DNA of 50,553 nt from an uncultured Syntrophaceae bacterium (GTDB lineage: Bacteria; Desulfobacterota; Syntrophia; Syntrophales; UBA2192), in NCBI GenBank assembly GCA_964547985.1, contig CAZJPV010000015.1, positions 1 to 50,553 on the forward strand. Reading direction: 5' to 3'. The translations under genes and the position numbers were made by a program. A model generated the notes under the pieces. That model saw nothing but the letters and a program-made list of their open reading frames with translations, had not been told where the DNA came from and did no database searches. Every line of letters starts with the position of its first letter. Positions within the stretch are counted from its first letter, which is position 1. Of the stretch, positions 19,380 through 31,372 are shown one piece after another.

Positions 19380-20018
19380 TCAATCTCCCGATCGTATCGT
19401 AGACCAGAAACAAGAGTCCTTCACTGAGATCATGGTTGAAAAAAATGTCACGCAAATGGGGCAGGCAGATGCAGCAGGATGATGCATAGGTGTCTGCATT
19501 TCGGAACGGGCTAACATATCGACGAGCAGATTACCATAAAACCGGGAGGATCGCTGGAGGGATTCGCAGACGATGCAGTTCATCTTGGAAAAGGCGGGGA
19601 TGCCGTTCTTTTCGTTTTGAAGGGTTAGCCAGGCGGCTAAAAAATTCCCGATGTGGTGCCGAGGTTTCTTGTGCACATTTTTTTCGACGAAAGCCGTGAT
19701 CTTCTCGAACTGTATGAGGAATTCTGAAAGAAGGGTTTCATAAAGGTTGGCGTTACCGAAAGGGATCTGCCACATTCTTCTTTCCAACTCCAGAAGCTGC
19801 CAGGCGTGCATTCGGCAGAAACCCATGCCGGCAACGATCCGCCCCAGGGTTGACTGATCCTTCAAATTTTCACGCAGGAGGAACTGCATAAACCGCGTTA
19901 CCTCTGTCTGGCAAACGCGGCAAATGGGACATCCCGGCTCGTGAAGCGCACGCTCGAGGGTCATTTCGTCGAGATCTCTTTGTTTTTTATCATGGGGTAT
20001 TCTCTTTTTTATTTTCAT
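19380..20018 (-). CDS. Cys/His-rich uncharacterised protein, paralog C (212 aa), last gene of the novel operon
   Basis: Two copies of the C-x2-C ... C-x2-H module: CPIC...GFCRMHAWQL and CIVC...CPIC. Confidence 0.6.
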   Translation of the reverse strand: MKIKKRIPHDKKQRDLDEMTLERALHEPGCPICRVCQTEVTRFMQFLLRENLKDQSTLGRIVAGMGFCRMHAWQLLELERRMWQIPFGNANLYETLLSEFLIQFEKITAFVEKNVHKKPRHHIGNFLAAWLTLQNEKNGIPAFSKMNCIVCESLQRSSRFYGNLLVDMLARSEMQTPMHHPAASACPICVTFFSTMISVKDSCFWSTIRSGD

Positions 20019-20034
20019 AATCTATCAGGCCATT

Positions 20035-21129
20035 TCATGATTGAGTTTTCTTGCTGTCTTCCGGAGGAGATGCTCGCAGAGATTCCTTCTCGCTTTTCAA
20101 TCGGTCTATCGTATCTCTATACAAACTGATTCGTGATTTCGCGCCGGCGAGCTGTAACTGTAGGGTTTTATTATCCTCCATACATTTCCAGTAGCGATAG
20201 TGGAGAGAAGCAGCCCGAGTGCTTTCCTCGTTCAGCATTTTGTTCAGCCCTTCAATCTGACGTTTCAGTTTCTCGTTTTCAAAAGATTCTGCTTCGAACA
20301 GTTGACTAACATCTGCCACCCCTCCCTGATTTTCCTGTGAGGGGGAATAAAGAGGTTCATGGTCACCGGGCAAAGCATCTTTCACATCGGCGCCGGCTTC
20401 CAAAGAAAAAAGCAAGCCCTCCTTGCCGCAGGTAAATTCAAGGGCTTTTTCCCAGGCATGATCCGGAGGGCGGTCCGAAGATTCAGCTTGTGGAAGTCTT
20501 CCAAAGTGATGGTCCTGAAAAGCGCTTTTCATATACCTGGAAATTTCGACCTGTTTTTTGATGAGCATAGAAAGATGATTGTGACGGGGAAATTGCTCCA
20601 CCGCCATGAGGACGTGAGGAAAACAGATTTCGGCTGCGCGGTCAAATTCTCTGGCGAATCCGGGCTCATTAATGGCGTCGAGCAGAGTCTTGAGATAGGA
20701 TTTTTCGACGTGGTGCATGACCTGGCAGGCCCTGCATCTTTTTGCCCGGCCGGCAAGATATTCCGTTGATTTTATGGTATTTCGGTATGCCCTGAAGAGC
20801 CTTTTCAGCCCCGTTTCTCTTTCAAGCACATGGAGAATATTACCAAGGCAGGCCTCCAGATGCTTTAATTCCCCGTCGAGGATCGGATAGAGATCGGACG
20901 GATATGCATTTTTAAGCTGCCACATGTGATAAAAACATAATGAGCCGGGGTTTTTTTGTCTGCTTTTTCCTTCAGGCCCTGGATTCAATGACTTCAAGAA
21001 ATCGCTCAATACACCTCGGCATTGTTTTTGAACGAGGCTGCAAATCGGGCATCCGCCATCTTGGAGTTGATCCCATAATTCAAGATAAAGGAGACGGGAT
21101 TTTTTAATTGAGCAGGTAAATTTAGTCAC
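20035..21129 (-). CDS. Cys/His-rich uncharacterised protein, paralog B (364 aa) with C-terminal coiled-coil tail
   Basis: CPIC...LCFYHMWQL and CRAC...ICFPHVLM modules. C-terminal 110 aa is charged with heptad-like periodicity (EKLKRQIEGLNKMLNEE...). Confidence 0.6.
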   Translation of the reverse strand: MTKFTCSIKKSRLLYLELWDQLQDGGCPICSLVQKQCRGVLSDFLKSLNPGPEGKSRQKNPGSLCFYHMWQLKNAYPSDLYPILDGELKHLEACLGNILHVLERETGLKRLFRAYRNTIKSTEYLAGRAKRCRACQVMHHVEKSYLKTLLDAINEPGFAREFDRAAEICFPHVLMAVEQFPRHNHLSMLIKKQVEISRYMKSAFQDHHFGRLPQAESSDRPPDHAWEKALEFTCGKEGLLFSLEAGADVKDALPGDHEPLYSPSQENQGGVADVSQLFEAESFENEKLKRQIEGLNKMLNEESTRAASLHYRYWKCMEDNKTLQLQLAGAKSRISLYRDTIDRLKSEKESLRASPPEDSKKTQS

Positions 21130-21532
21130 GGCTTGGGCTTCTCCTGCTGACGGTGTGGAAAGATTTTAGCATTTGCCTCGCGAATCGGCTCACTAGTCTC
21201 GATTCGTGATCCTTCAGGCTTCTAATTATATCCAGGCATTCGTCATTTCCAATCTTCGATAGGGCCACGATGATTTGCCTTATCGCGTAAAAATCATCAC
21301 CCGCGCGAATGATCGACCTGAAGGCGGGCACCGCCGCCTGGCTTTTCATGTCTCCGAGCAACTGTATGGCCATCATCCTATGTTCCCTCACCGGATGTCT
21401 CAGAGCGAGCATCAGTTTTTCTTCATAAGGCAGGGTCCCATATTCCGAAAGCTTATATCCACAGTGCGGACAGCGCACTTCTTTTTCTTTTATTTCGGTC
21501 CAGCAGCATGGGCAATAGAAATGAGCAGCCAT
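21122..21532 (-). CDS. Zn-ribbon plus HEAT-repeat protein (136 aa)
   Basis: N-terminal CPCC...CPHC zinc ribbon, then PBS-lyase-like HEAT repeats. Overlaps the downstream gene by 8 nt. Confidence 0.6.
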   Translation of the reverse strand: MAAHFYCPCCWTEIKEKEVRCPHCGYKLSEYGTLPYEEKLMLALRHPVREHRMMAIQLLGDMKSQAAVPAFRSIIRAGDDFYAIRQIIVALSKIGNDECLDIIRSLKDHESRLVSRFARQMLKSFHTVSRRSPSRD

Positions 21533-21535
21533 CGG

Positions 21536-22429
21536 TTAAATCATAGAGGCCAGGACAGAAAGGCCATCGATCGCATAATAGGTGTTCTCGAGTGTTGCGA
21601 TCCCACCATGCATTAGCCTCGAGAATCCTCCGTTTCGGTTCTGGCAATGCAGGATGAAATTTGCACAATCGTCAAGGTAGTGTGGCTGGTAGGACATAAT
21701 ATTGGAAGCTACAATGCCGGCGTAAACGTATTCGATGTAGGAGAGGGAGGTGCGGGGAACATCCGTGAACCCGTAGAACGGGATTTCGCAATTTTTGATG
21801 AAAGCCGTTGATTCCATTTTTTCAACCGAATAGCCCAGGCGGCTCAGAATGATCAGCGCTCTCGATGTTTCGCTGAGAGATGAATGCCGGTGCCCGAATC
21901 CTTTGTCCTCGTTTTCAAAGTACAGAATGAAGTCAGCAATGCCCTGCTCGATTCGGCTGTCCGCCATTTTCAGGCTGTAATAAAGATCGACCAGGTAAGA
22001 GGTCCTTTTAAAGAGATAACTGATTTCAATTGGAAGGTGTTCGACATCAAATCGATAATGCCGTAAGTTCTTTGTCACGTAAGGCACAGGATCGTAAGCC
22101 GGCTCCTCCCGAAGCATCTGCAAGCCTTTGATCGAATAGTAGGCCATGTAGACACTGTTATAGGAGCCATCCGGGTGCTGCATGTTACGCAGCTGGATGA
22201 GTGTCTTGTCATCCTGGAATTCGATACCCATCAGGGCCAAGATGGACAGAGCATAGAATGTGTCCGAACCGTTGGGCTCCTCCAACTTGTAGAAGCAGAA
22301 ACCACCCGCTTGACATTTGCGTTCCAGGACGTAGCGGATCACACGGTCTCTGAAGTCCGGATCCCGCAGGAGCTCCCCAGCGATGCTCCTTCTCCGGTCT
22401 TTCATGTTGATTCGAAGCGGAGATGTCAT
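21536..22429 (-). CDS. prenyltransferase / squalene-oxidase repeat (alpha/alpha-toroid) protein (297 aa)
   Basis: Repeated QxxDGGF-type motifs (QAGGFCF, QHPDGSYN, ENEDKGFGH, QNRNGGFSR), each followed by TxYAL..L.L.G-like segments (DTFYALSILALMG; NTYYAIDGLSVLASMI). Confidence 0.65.
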   Translation of the reverse strand: MTSPLRINMKDRRRSIAGELLRDPDFRDRVIRYVLERKCQAGGFCFYKLEEPNGSDTFYALSILALMGIEFQDDKTLIQLRNMQHPDGSYNSVYMAYYSIKGLQMLREEPAYDPVPYVTKNLRHYRFDVEHLPIEISYLFKRTSYLVDLYYSLKMADSRIEQGIADFILYFENEDKGFGHRHSSLSETSRALIILSRLGYSVEKMESTAFIKNCEIPFYGFTDVPRTSLSYIEYVYAGIVASNIMSYQPHYLDDCANFILHCQNRNGGFSRLMHGGIATLENTYYAIDGLSVLASMI

Positions 22430-22872
22430 TGTCGTCCCTTGTCATTGCTCTGCAACAGGGCCGTTTCAATGTATTTCGCCATCGGCCGTAACTTCAGGAC
22501 GATGTCATCCAGTTCGAGGGCCGCTTTCTTGGACGGAGCCCCATAACCCCTCATGTGCACGGGCCTCAACTCCTGAATGGCGATGCCCACAAATTGAAGT
22601 GTCACACGAATGACATGCTGGGTGCTCATCAACGTCTGGTGGTTCGATATTCCCTTACTTTCGAGTATGCGGCACATGGTTTTACGAAATTCGGATATGT
22701 TCGTTTCCAGAGACTCTCTCTGCGCAGGATGGACATCGGTGGCATATCTTGGAAAGCAGGCTTTCCCGTTTCCGAGGTCGAGCAATGTTTCTATCTCGCA
22801 GAAGAGATGATCTATGTGCTTAAATGCATTTAGCAAAGCCCTTTTGTGGTTTTCATTCAGCTCTGTCATCAT
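22426..22872 (-). CDS. hypothetical protein (148 aa)
   Basis: ORF translationally coupled to the toroid gene (ATGA). No recognisable motif. Confidence 0.55.
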   Translation of the reverse strand: MMTELNENHKRALLNAFKHIDHLFCEIETLLDLGNGKACFPRYATDVHPAQRESLETNISEFRKTMCRILESKGISNHQTLMSTQHVIRVTLQFVGIAIQELRPVHMRGYGAPSKKAALELDDIVLKLRPMAKYIETALLQSNDKGRQ

Positions 22873-22934
22873 ACCCTAGCCTGAGAAGTTTTCACTATCA
22901 TAATTTAACACCCTTTTGAGGCGAAGACAGCGTC

Positions 22935-23639
22935 CTATAGACCCGGTTTGAAAGGCGTGTAGACGTTCCTTGAACCTGCTATGCTCTTGAGGGCACGGAG
23001 ATAAACTTCTTTTTCGTCCATGGTCAGCATGTATCTTTGCAAGGTGTTTCGCTTTGAAACAAAATTTTCCATGCGGGTTGCCATTTCCTCGTAGCGATTT
23101 GCCGCGTGGGACAATAGAAACCTTGTGACTCTTCCGGAGGAAGCAATTAAAACAAGTTGGCATAGGTGTCTGAGGCAAGCACCCTGAGACTGTCCGTAAA
23201 CCCGGCTGCCTTCCGGATCCTCGAGAAAATGGCCGAATTTTACAAGATAGGAATATTCCTTATCGCTGATAAGACGGCAAAGGCGGCAGTCTTCCACGCC
23301 TCTCACGATTTCTGAAAGTGCCTTTGTCGCGTCTCCTGCCTTTTCGGTGCCACGGGACAGTTGAGATGACAGACGTCTTAGAAGTCTTGGAAACCCCGAG
23401 GAAATGCCGAGGGGAGACGAGAAAGAGGCTAACTGCCATGTGTGTAACGGGCAAAACCCGAGTTCGTGCGCGTATTGATGCTTGGCTTCTTCATCGTTTG
23501 CCAGACGATTCTGCCATTCTGCAAAGAAGACCGCCGTGATTTTTTCCAGATGGTCACATATCGGGCAACTGTTCATCCGCAGATCTTTCAATATATCTTC
23601 TTCAAAGGATTGCTTTAATTTGGTAGCGTCTCTATTCAT
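22935..23639 (-). CDS. Cys/His-rich uncharacterised protein, paralog A (234 aa)
   Basis: CPIC...GFCPLHTWQL and CRLC...GACLRHLCQL modules. Overlaps the upstream gene (ATGA). Confidence 0.6.
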   Translation of the reverse strand: MNRDATKLKQSFEEDILKDLRMNSCPICDHLEKITAVFFAEWQNRLANDEEAKHQYAHELGFCPLHTWQLASFSSPLGISSGFPRLLRRLSSQLSRGTEKAGDATKALSEIVRGVEDCRLCRLISDKEYSYLVKFGHFLEDPEGSRVYGQSQGACLRHLCQLVLIASSGRVTRFLLSHAANRYEEMATRMENFVSKRNTLQRYMLTMDEKEVYLRALKSIAGSRNVYTPFKPGL

Positions 23640-24310
23640 ATTTTATCCTCTATCATGCTTGGGTGCTTTTGGCGCGATTTAAGCTTGCGTTCAAGGATTT
23701 CTCTGATGCCAAGCGGGTAACCACCTGACAGTTCAGATAACGAACGGATGTGATCTTCATACCAACCGAGATTATGCTGGGCGCAAAAATGCCTGAATAC
23801 TTTCAGCGTGTCATCTATCTTCATGTGCCGTAACGCAAGCGTCTCAGACGGAAGCAGAGTCGCACGCAGATGGAAAAGGGCTTTGCCCAACGAGGATTCA
23901 TCAACGATTGCAATAAAGCGGAATCGCTTCTCATCGGAAAGATAACGCAAAAATGCCAGTTTTTGGGGAGTCAGTTTCACGATGTCATCGAGTACCAAAA
24001 TATGCTGCCTTATGTCTTTTAATTTCATGTGAACAATGCGGAAACGGTTAGATTTATAACCTCGGACCTTCGTTTTTCGATCATAAATATTTCCTGCAAA
24101 TAGATCCCTCATGAGTTGTCTGCTTAAAGTACCTGGCGTTTGAGAAAAGTCCATGAATACGAACCGCCATCTTTTGCTGGTCTTGCGGGCGACATGCCGG
24201 ACAAGGCTGGATCGTCCTATGCCAAATTTGCCAGTCAGAACGATGTTTTTACCTTCTTCCAGCCATCCGATGATCTTCTTCGTTTCCCGTTCACGGCCTG
24301 TGAAAATCAT
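23636..24310 (-). CDS. P-loop NTPase-like protein (archaeal-ATPase / AAA-like N-domain) with Walker A Lys replaced by Arg
   Basis: FTGRERETKKIIGWLEEGKNIVLTGKFGIGRSSL resembles the PF01637-type FxGRExEL...GxxGxGKTSL pattern but carries GRS instead of GKS/T. Walker-B-like ILVLDDI. Confidence 0.55.
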   Translation of the reverse strand: MIFTGRERETKKIIGWLEEGKNIVLTGKFGIGRSSLVRHVARKTSKRWRFVFMDFSQTPGTLSRQLMRDLFAGNIYDRKTKVRGYKSNRFRIVHMKLKDIRQHILVLDDIVKLTPQKLAFLRYLSDEKRFRFIAIVDESSLGKALFHLRATLLPSETLALRHMKIDDTLKVFRHFCAQHNLGWYEDHIRSLSELSGGYPLGIREILERKLKSRQKHPSMIEDKI

Positions 24311-25293
24311 GTCATCCGTTCTGTGTATTTATCTCTGACTTCCGTAATAAAATGCTGGGAGTTATCACTTCTTTTTTCGTCAAAGGAAAGTTCGTACAGA
24401 GTTTTTATGTGGCCCCGTCCGATTTCCAGCTGTAGAAAAGACAGGCGGTGCCCGTGAACAAGTTTCTCAATGTGGGCTGCCCCCAAAAGTGCGTCCATGG
24501 GAATACAGCAAATATTGACGCCGAAGGTCAGCATTTTTGGACTCAGGGCGTGATCATCGATCGCATGAATCAAACCATGATCGGTCGCCACAAAGATTCC
24601 TTCCGTTGCCAGGCATGCCTTTCTTCGCCGTTTCTTACCGGCACCCCAGATCTCCGATGAGCGAAAGACATGAGACGGCCTTTCACCCTCTGTGATGATC
24701 GGTTTCAACATCTCCAGCTGTGGTTTGGCCGTCTGGCCGAATATGCCGATCCACAACGGATTTTCCGCGGATACAGGATCCGTCGAGTACCCTAAAGTCA
24801 GTCTTCGGTATTCACGAATCACCGATGCAAAGTGCTGGTTGCCGGTGGCTGTATATGTCATGGAAACCCTGGATATAACACCCTCAGCGACATGATGAAT
24901 GACGAACCAACCCAGGAGAAGGGCGTTTCCATACTCGACTCTGATGACCGTCGAAAAAGGAATCGTCTCCACAGTCGGGGGGATGCCGCCCACATGGTGA
25001 TCCTTCGAAACAATAAAGCGCTTCGACGTGACCGCAACCGCATGTGAAGCGGGCTCCGCCTCTATCCCGAAGCGGACCTGATCCGTCTGCCGGATCGGCG
25101 CGTAAAGAAGGTAGTACAGTTTCTCTTCCGGAGTGAGCGCCCCTGCGATGAGATCGGCGTGAACCCCCAAAAGACCCTCGGGTTTTTCCGTTCTGAAGAC
25201 ATAAGGTTCTTTCCCTCGGGATTGGTACGGTGCCATTTTCAAAGACATCTTATCCTGACCGCCGTTCATAACGATGATGTCCCTTCTCTCCAA
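24307..25293 (-). CDS. hypothetical protein (328 aa), first gene of the novel operon
   Basis: Long ORF coupled (ATGA) to the next gene. No recognisable motif. N-terminal start uncertain. Confidence 0.5.
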   Translation of the reverse strand: MERRDIIVMNGGQDKMSLKMAPYQSRGKEPYVFRTEKPEGLLGVHADLIAGALTPEEKLYYLLYAPIRQTDQVRFGIEAEPASHAVAVTSKRFIVSKDHHVGGIPPTVETIPFSTVIRVEYGNALLLGWFVIHHVAEGVISRVSMTYTATGNQHFASVIREYRRLTLGYSTDPVSAENPLWIGIFGQTAKPQLEMLKPIITEGERPSHVFRSSEIWGAGKKRRRKACLATEGIFVATDHGLIHAIDDHALSPKMLTFGVNICCIPMDALLGAAHIEKLVHGHRLSFLQLEIGRGHIKTLYELSFDEKRSDNSQHFITEVRDKYTERMT

Positions 25294-25780
25294 ATTGAGC
25301 CGAAATCACTGATGCCATTCACTGTGTCCAAGGTTCCGTAAGCGGTTCCAGATGGCTCATCCCGGAACTCATTTCTGTGGGCTATATTCAGCCCTGTGTC
25401 TCCTCAAGCCATAAAAAATGCCCGCAAGGCAGACAAGGATTGCAAGCCATAAAATGTGTGAAGAAATGAAGGCAAAAACCAGGAAAGGTGGTGACGACCA
25501 CACCATGAGGGCGTGTCAAACAGAAGGCGTAGGTAGTGCGGTTAAACCATCGGCTAGTGCTGCCCACCACTCGCACGTTGTTTTCGTTTTCCACCATAAT
25601 CGTAAATGTTCCCCTCTGTGACACAGTAGTCCGTTTTTCCCTTCCTGGGCGGCGCATGAAAGAGAATTGCAAGAGGAGTCATCAGCTCGAGGGAGCAATT
25701 ACGGTGGACCCCATCACCGGTTCAGGAGTCATCAGTCCTCGGGGACATTCTCGGGGGCGGACTCCATCGCCGGAGAAAAG

Positions 25781-28824
<3,044 letters not shown>

Positions 28825-29044
28825 AAAAAAACTCCCCTGATGTATAGCACTCAGAGGAGTTATCAGCCTTTAGGGCAGTTAAGGTGAACTCCATCACCGC
28901 CCGAATAAATCCGGGAGATATACTTTCCTAACACAGAAGGGCTCCTGTTGTCAAGCCCGCACTGGTTACAAGACTGTAATCGTTGATTTCACTTTGTTTT
29001 TAAGTTAGGATGCCATCGTACAAGCTGGTCCGGAAGGTACAGAG

Positions 29045-29680
29045 ATGATTTCAATTATAGACTATCATGCGGGAAACCTCACCAGCGTCGCCCGGGCCCT
29101 TCAATACCTGGGCGAGCCCTGTGAGATCACCGGCGATCCCCGGAAACTGCAAAAGGCGGAACGCATCATCTTCCCCGGCGTAGGCGCCGCCGGTGAGGCC
29201 ATGGAAAACCTCCGCGCCGCCGGGCTCGATGCGTGCATCCGGGGGGCATTCCAGGCGGGAAAGCCCATCCTCGGCATTTGCCTGGGTACCCAGGTCATCT
29301 TTGATTACAGCGAGGAGAACGAAGCTGCCTGTCTCGGCGTCGTGCCGGGGCAGGTGAGGCGTTTTCCGAGGGATCTGAAGGAAAACGGAAGGCCCCTGAA
29401 GATCCCGCACATGGGGTGGAACCGCGTGGACTTTGTTGGAGACCATCCGGTCTTCAAAGGCATACCGCAGGGAGCCGAGTTCTACTTCGTCCACTCCTAT
29501 TACCCATTTCCCGACGATGAAAGACGCGTGGCCGGCTGGTCGGAATACGGCATTCGATTCTGCGCCGTAGTGGCAGACCGGAACATGGTTGCCGTTCAGT
29601 TCCACGCGGAGAAGAGCGGCCGCTTCGGGCTTCAGATACTGAAGAACTTCTGCAAGTGGGAGGGAAGGGATGCTCAGTAA
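29045..29680 (+). CDS. hisH: imidazole glycerol phosphate synthase, glutamine amidotransferase subunit
   Basis: Class-I GATase triad context GICLGTQ ... HSY. Overlaps hisF. Confidence 0.9.
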   Translation: MISIIDYHAGNLTSVARALQYLGEPCEITGDPRKLQKAERIIFPGVGAAGEAMENLRAAGLDACIRGAFQAGKPILGICLGTQVIFDYSEENEAACLGVVPGQVRRFPRDLKENGRPLKIPHMGWNRVDFVGDHPVFKGIPQGAEFYFVHSYYPFPDDERRVAGWSEYGIRFCAVVADRNMVAVQFHAEKSGRFGLQILKNFCKWEGRDAQ

Positions 29681-30449
29681 GCGAATCATTCCCTGTCTGG
29701 ACGTCCGGGACGGCAAGCTCACCAAGGGTGTGCGGTTCAAGGGCAACATCGACATCGGTGACCCAGTCGAGGCGGCGAAGACCTACTATGAGCAGGGTGC
29801 CGATGAAATTGTCTTTTACGACATCACCGCCTCGGCCGAGGGCCGCGGGATCATGATCGATGTCGTACGACGCGTTGCGGAGACGATTTTTATTCCTTTC
29901 TCCGTCGGCGGCGGGATCCGGACGGTCGAGCAGATGAGGGCGGTCATCCTGGCGGGCGCGGAGAAAGTGAGCGTCAATTCAGGGGCCATCGAAAACCCCC
30001 GGATCATCAGCGAGGGAGCAAAGGCCTTCGGTAGCCAGTGCATCGTCCTGGGCATGGATGTGAAAAAAGTGGACCGAAGCGCAAAGACCCCATCGGGCTA
30101 TGAGATCGTCATCCAGGGGGGCCGCAAATACACAGGGATCGATGCCCTCCGGTGGGCGATAGAGGCGGAGAGCCTCGGCGCCGGGGAGATCTGTCTCAAT
30201 TCCATCGATGCCGACGGCACCCTTGACGGCTATGAGCTGGAGCTCACGCATCTCGTCTCGACGAATGTCAGGATCCCCGTCATCGCCTCCGGCGGCGCGG
30301 GGAAGGCCGTGCACCTCTTTGATGTCCTGACCCGGGGAGTGGCCGACGCGGCCCTCATCGCATCGATTGTCCACTACGGGACCTACGCGATCCGGGACCT
30401 GAAGGAATATCTGAGCGGCAGAGGCGTGAAGGTCAGGCGGCAGTGGTGA
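29670..30449 (+). CDS. hisF: imidazole glycerol phosphate synthase, cyclase subunit
   Basis: [24 protein letters not shown]-terminus and (beta/alpha)8 blocks typical of HisF. Confidence 0.9.
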   Translation: MLSKRIIPCLDVRDGKLTKGVRFKGNIDIGDPVEAAKTYYEQGADEIVFYDITASAEGRGIMIDVVRRVAETIFIPFSVGGGIRTVEQMRAVILAGAEKVSVNSGAIENPRIISEGAKAFGSQCIVLGMDVKKVDRSAKTPSGYEIVIQGGRKYTGIDALRWAIEAESLGAGEICLNSIDADGTLDGYELELTHLVSTNVRIPVIASGGAGKAVHLFDVLTRGVADAALIASIVHYGTYAIRDLKEYLSGRGVKVRRQW

Positions 30450-30809
30450 GACCGCTGTCCCGGATTCATAGTGCCGGGTCGAAAAACCTAAGAAGCATTT
30501 ATACTCTTTCCAACCACTTTGTCATTCCCTTCTTTTTACTTCGACTTCCGCACTTTACAGGGTGATTTTCCTAAAACCTTCCTGTCATGAACGGGACAAG
30601 GGCTGGTTCTCGCCGCGGTCCTGCGCGGATCGACTTTTGATTTTCCTTAGGAATGTCACAACGCAATATATTTGTGATTTGCTGACGGTATAATATTGAA
30701 TAAGGTGGTAGATAAATTATAAAATAAGTAATATTATCAATATAATATAGAATAATATGACCCTGAGACCGATATGACAAAAAATTATTGTGCAATGCAA
30801 CAATTTTAC

Positions 30810-30838
30810 TTGACAGAAGCAAAATTAATTGTTATATG
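30810..30838 (+). promoter_or_regulatory. sigma-70-type promoter for the phasin gene
   Basis: TTGACA-17 nt-TATATG in an AT-rich region. Followed by AGGAGAAGGAGG RBS and ATG at 30892. Confidence 0.5.
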
Positions 30839-30891
30839 GACTGGTAGAGCCCGAGAGGGACAAACAACAAACAGGAGAAGGAGGTACTAGG

Positions 30892-31170
30892 ATGATGGTA
30901 GAGCAAGAAAAATTAGCAAAACAGACAATCGCGTTTTACAAGAAGACCTTTGAGAGCACCTTCGCCGCCCTGGACATGATTCAGGAGCAGACCCAGCGCA
31001 TGCTCAAGATGCAGATGGACCTCATGACGGGTATGCCGGAAGAGGGTAAGAAGGTCCTCAATGACTGGATGAAGGTCTACAAGAAGGGCTGCGAAGAGTT
31101 CAAGTCAGCCGTGGATGACAAATTCAAGCAGGTGGAGTCCTATTTCTCCGAGAAGTCTTCGAAGAAGTAA
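30892..31170 (+). CDS. phasin-family protein (PHA granule-associated), 92 aa
   Basis: Small alpha-helical protein (FYKKTFESTFAALDMIQEQTQRMLKMQMDLM...) directly upstream of a PhaC-like gene. Strong RBS. Confidence 0.55.
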   Translation: MMVEQEKLAKQTIAFYKKTFESTFAALDMIQEQTQRMLKMQMDLMTGMPEEGKKVLNDWMKVYKKGCEEFKSAVDDKFKQVESYFSEKSSKK

Positions 31171-31372
31171 AAAGCATTCGGCGTTTCAGGAACGTTTTCA
31201 GAAGGGAAGAGGGTGCTGTATTCATCGCACGGGGTTATTAAAATTTCGACAGAGCGCTGGCATCATGCAGCGCCCTCGTACTTCAAAATAAATCTTGGCA
31301 AACCACTTATCGTGTGGTAAAAAATGCGCGACGGTTCAAAGGAATTCTTAATGGCAACGGACGGAGGGAAGG

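Noticed and set aside
30571-30822. 83-aa minus-strand ORF in the AT-rich region upstream of the phasin gene
   Set aside because: Lies in promoter DNA of very low GC. The hydrophobic Ile/Tyr-rich translation is typical of AT-rich non-coding sequence.
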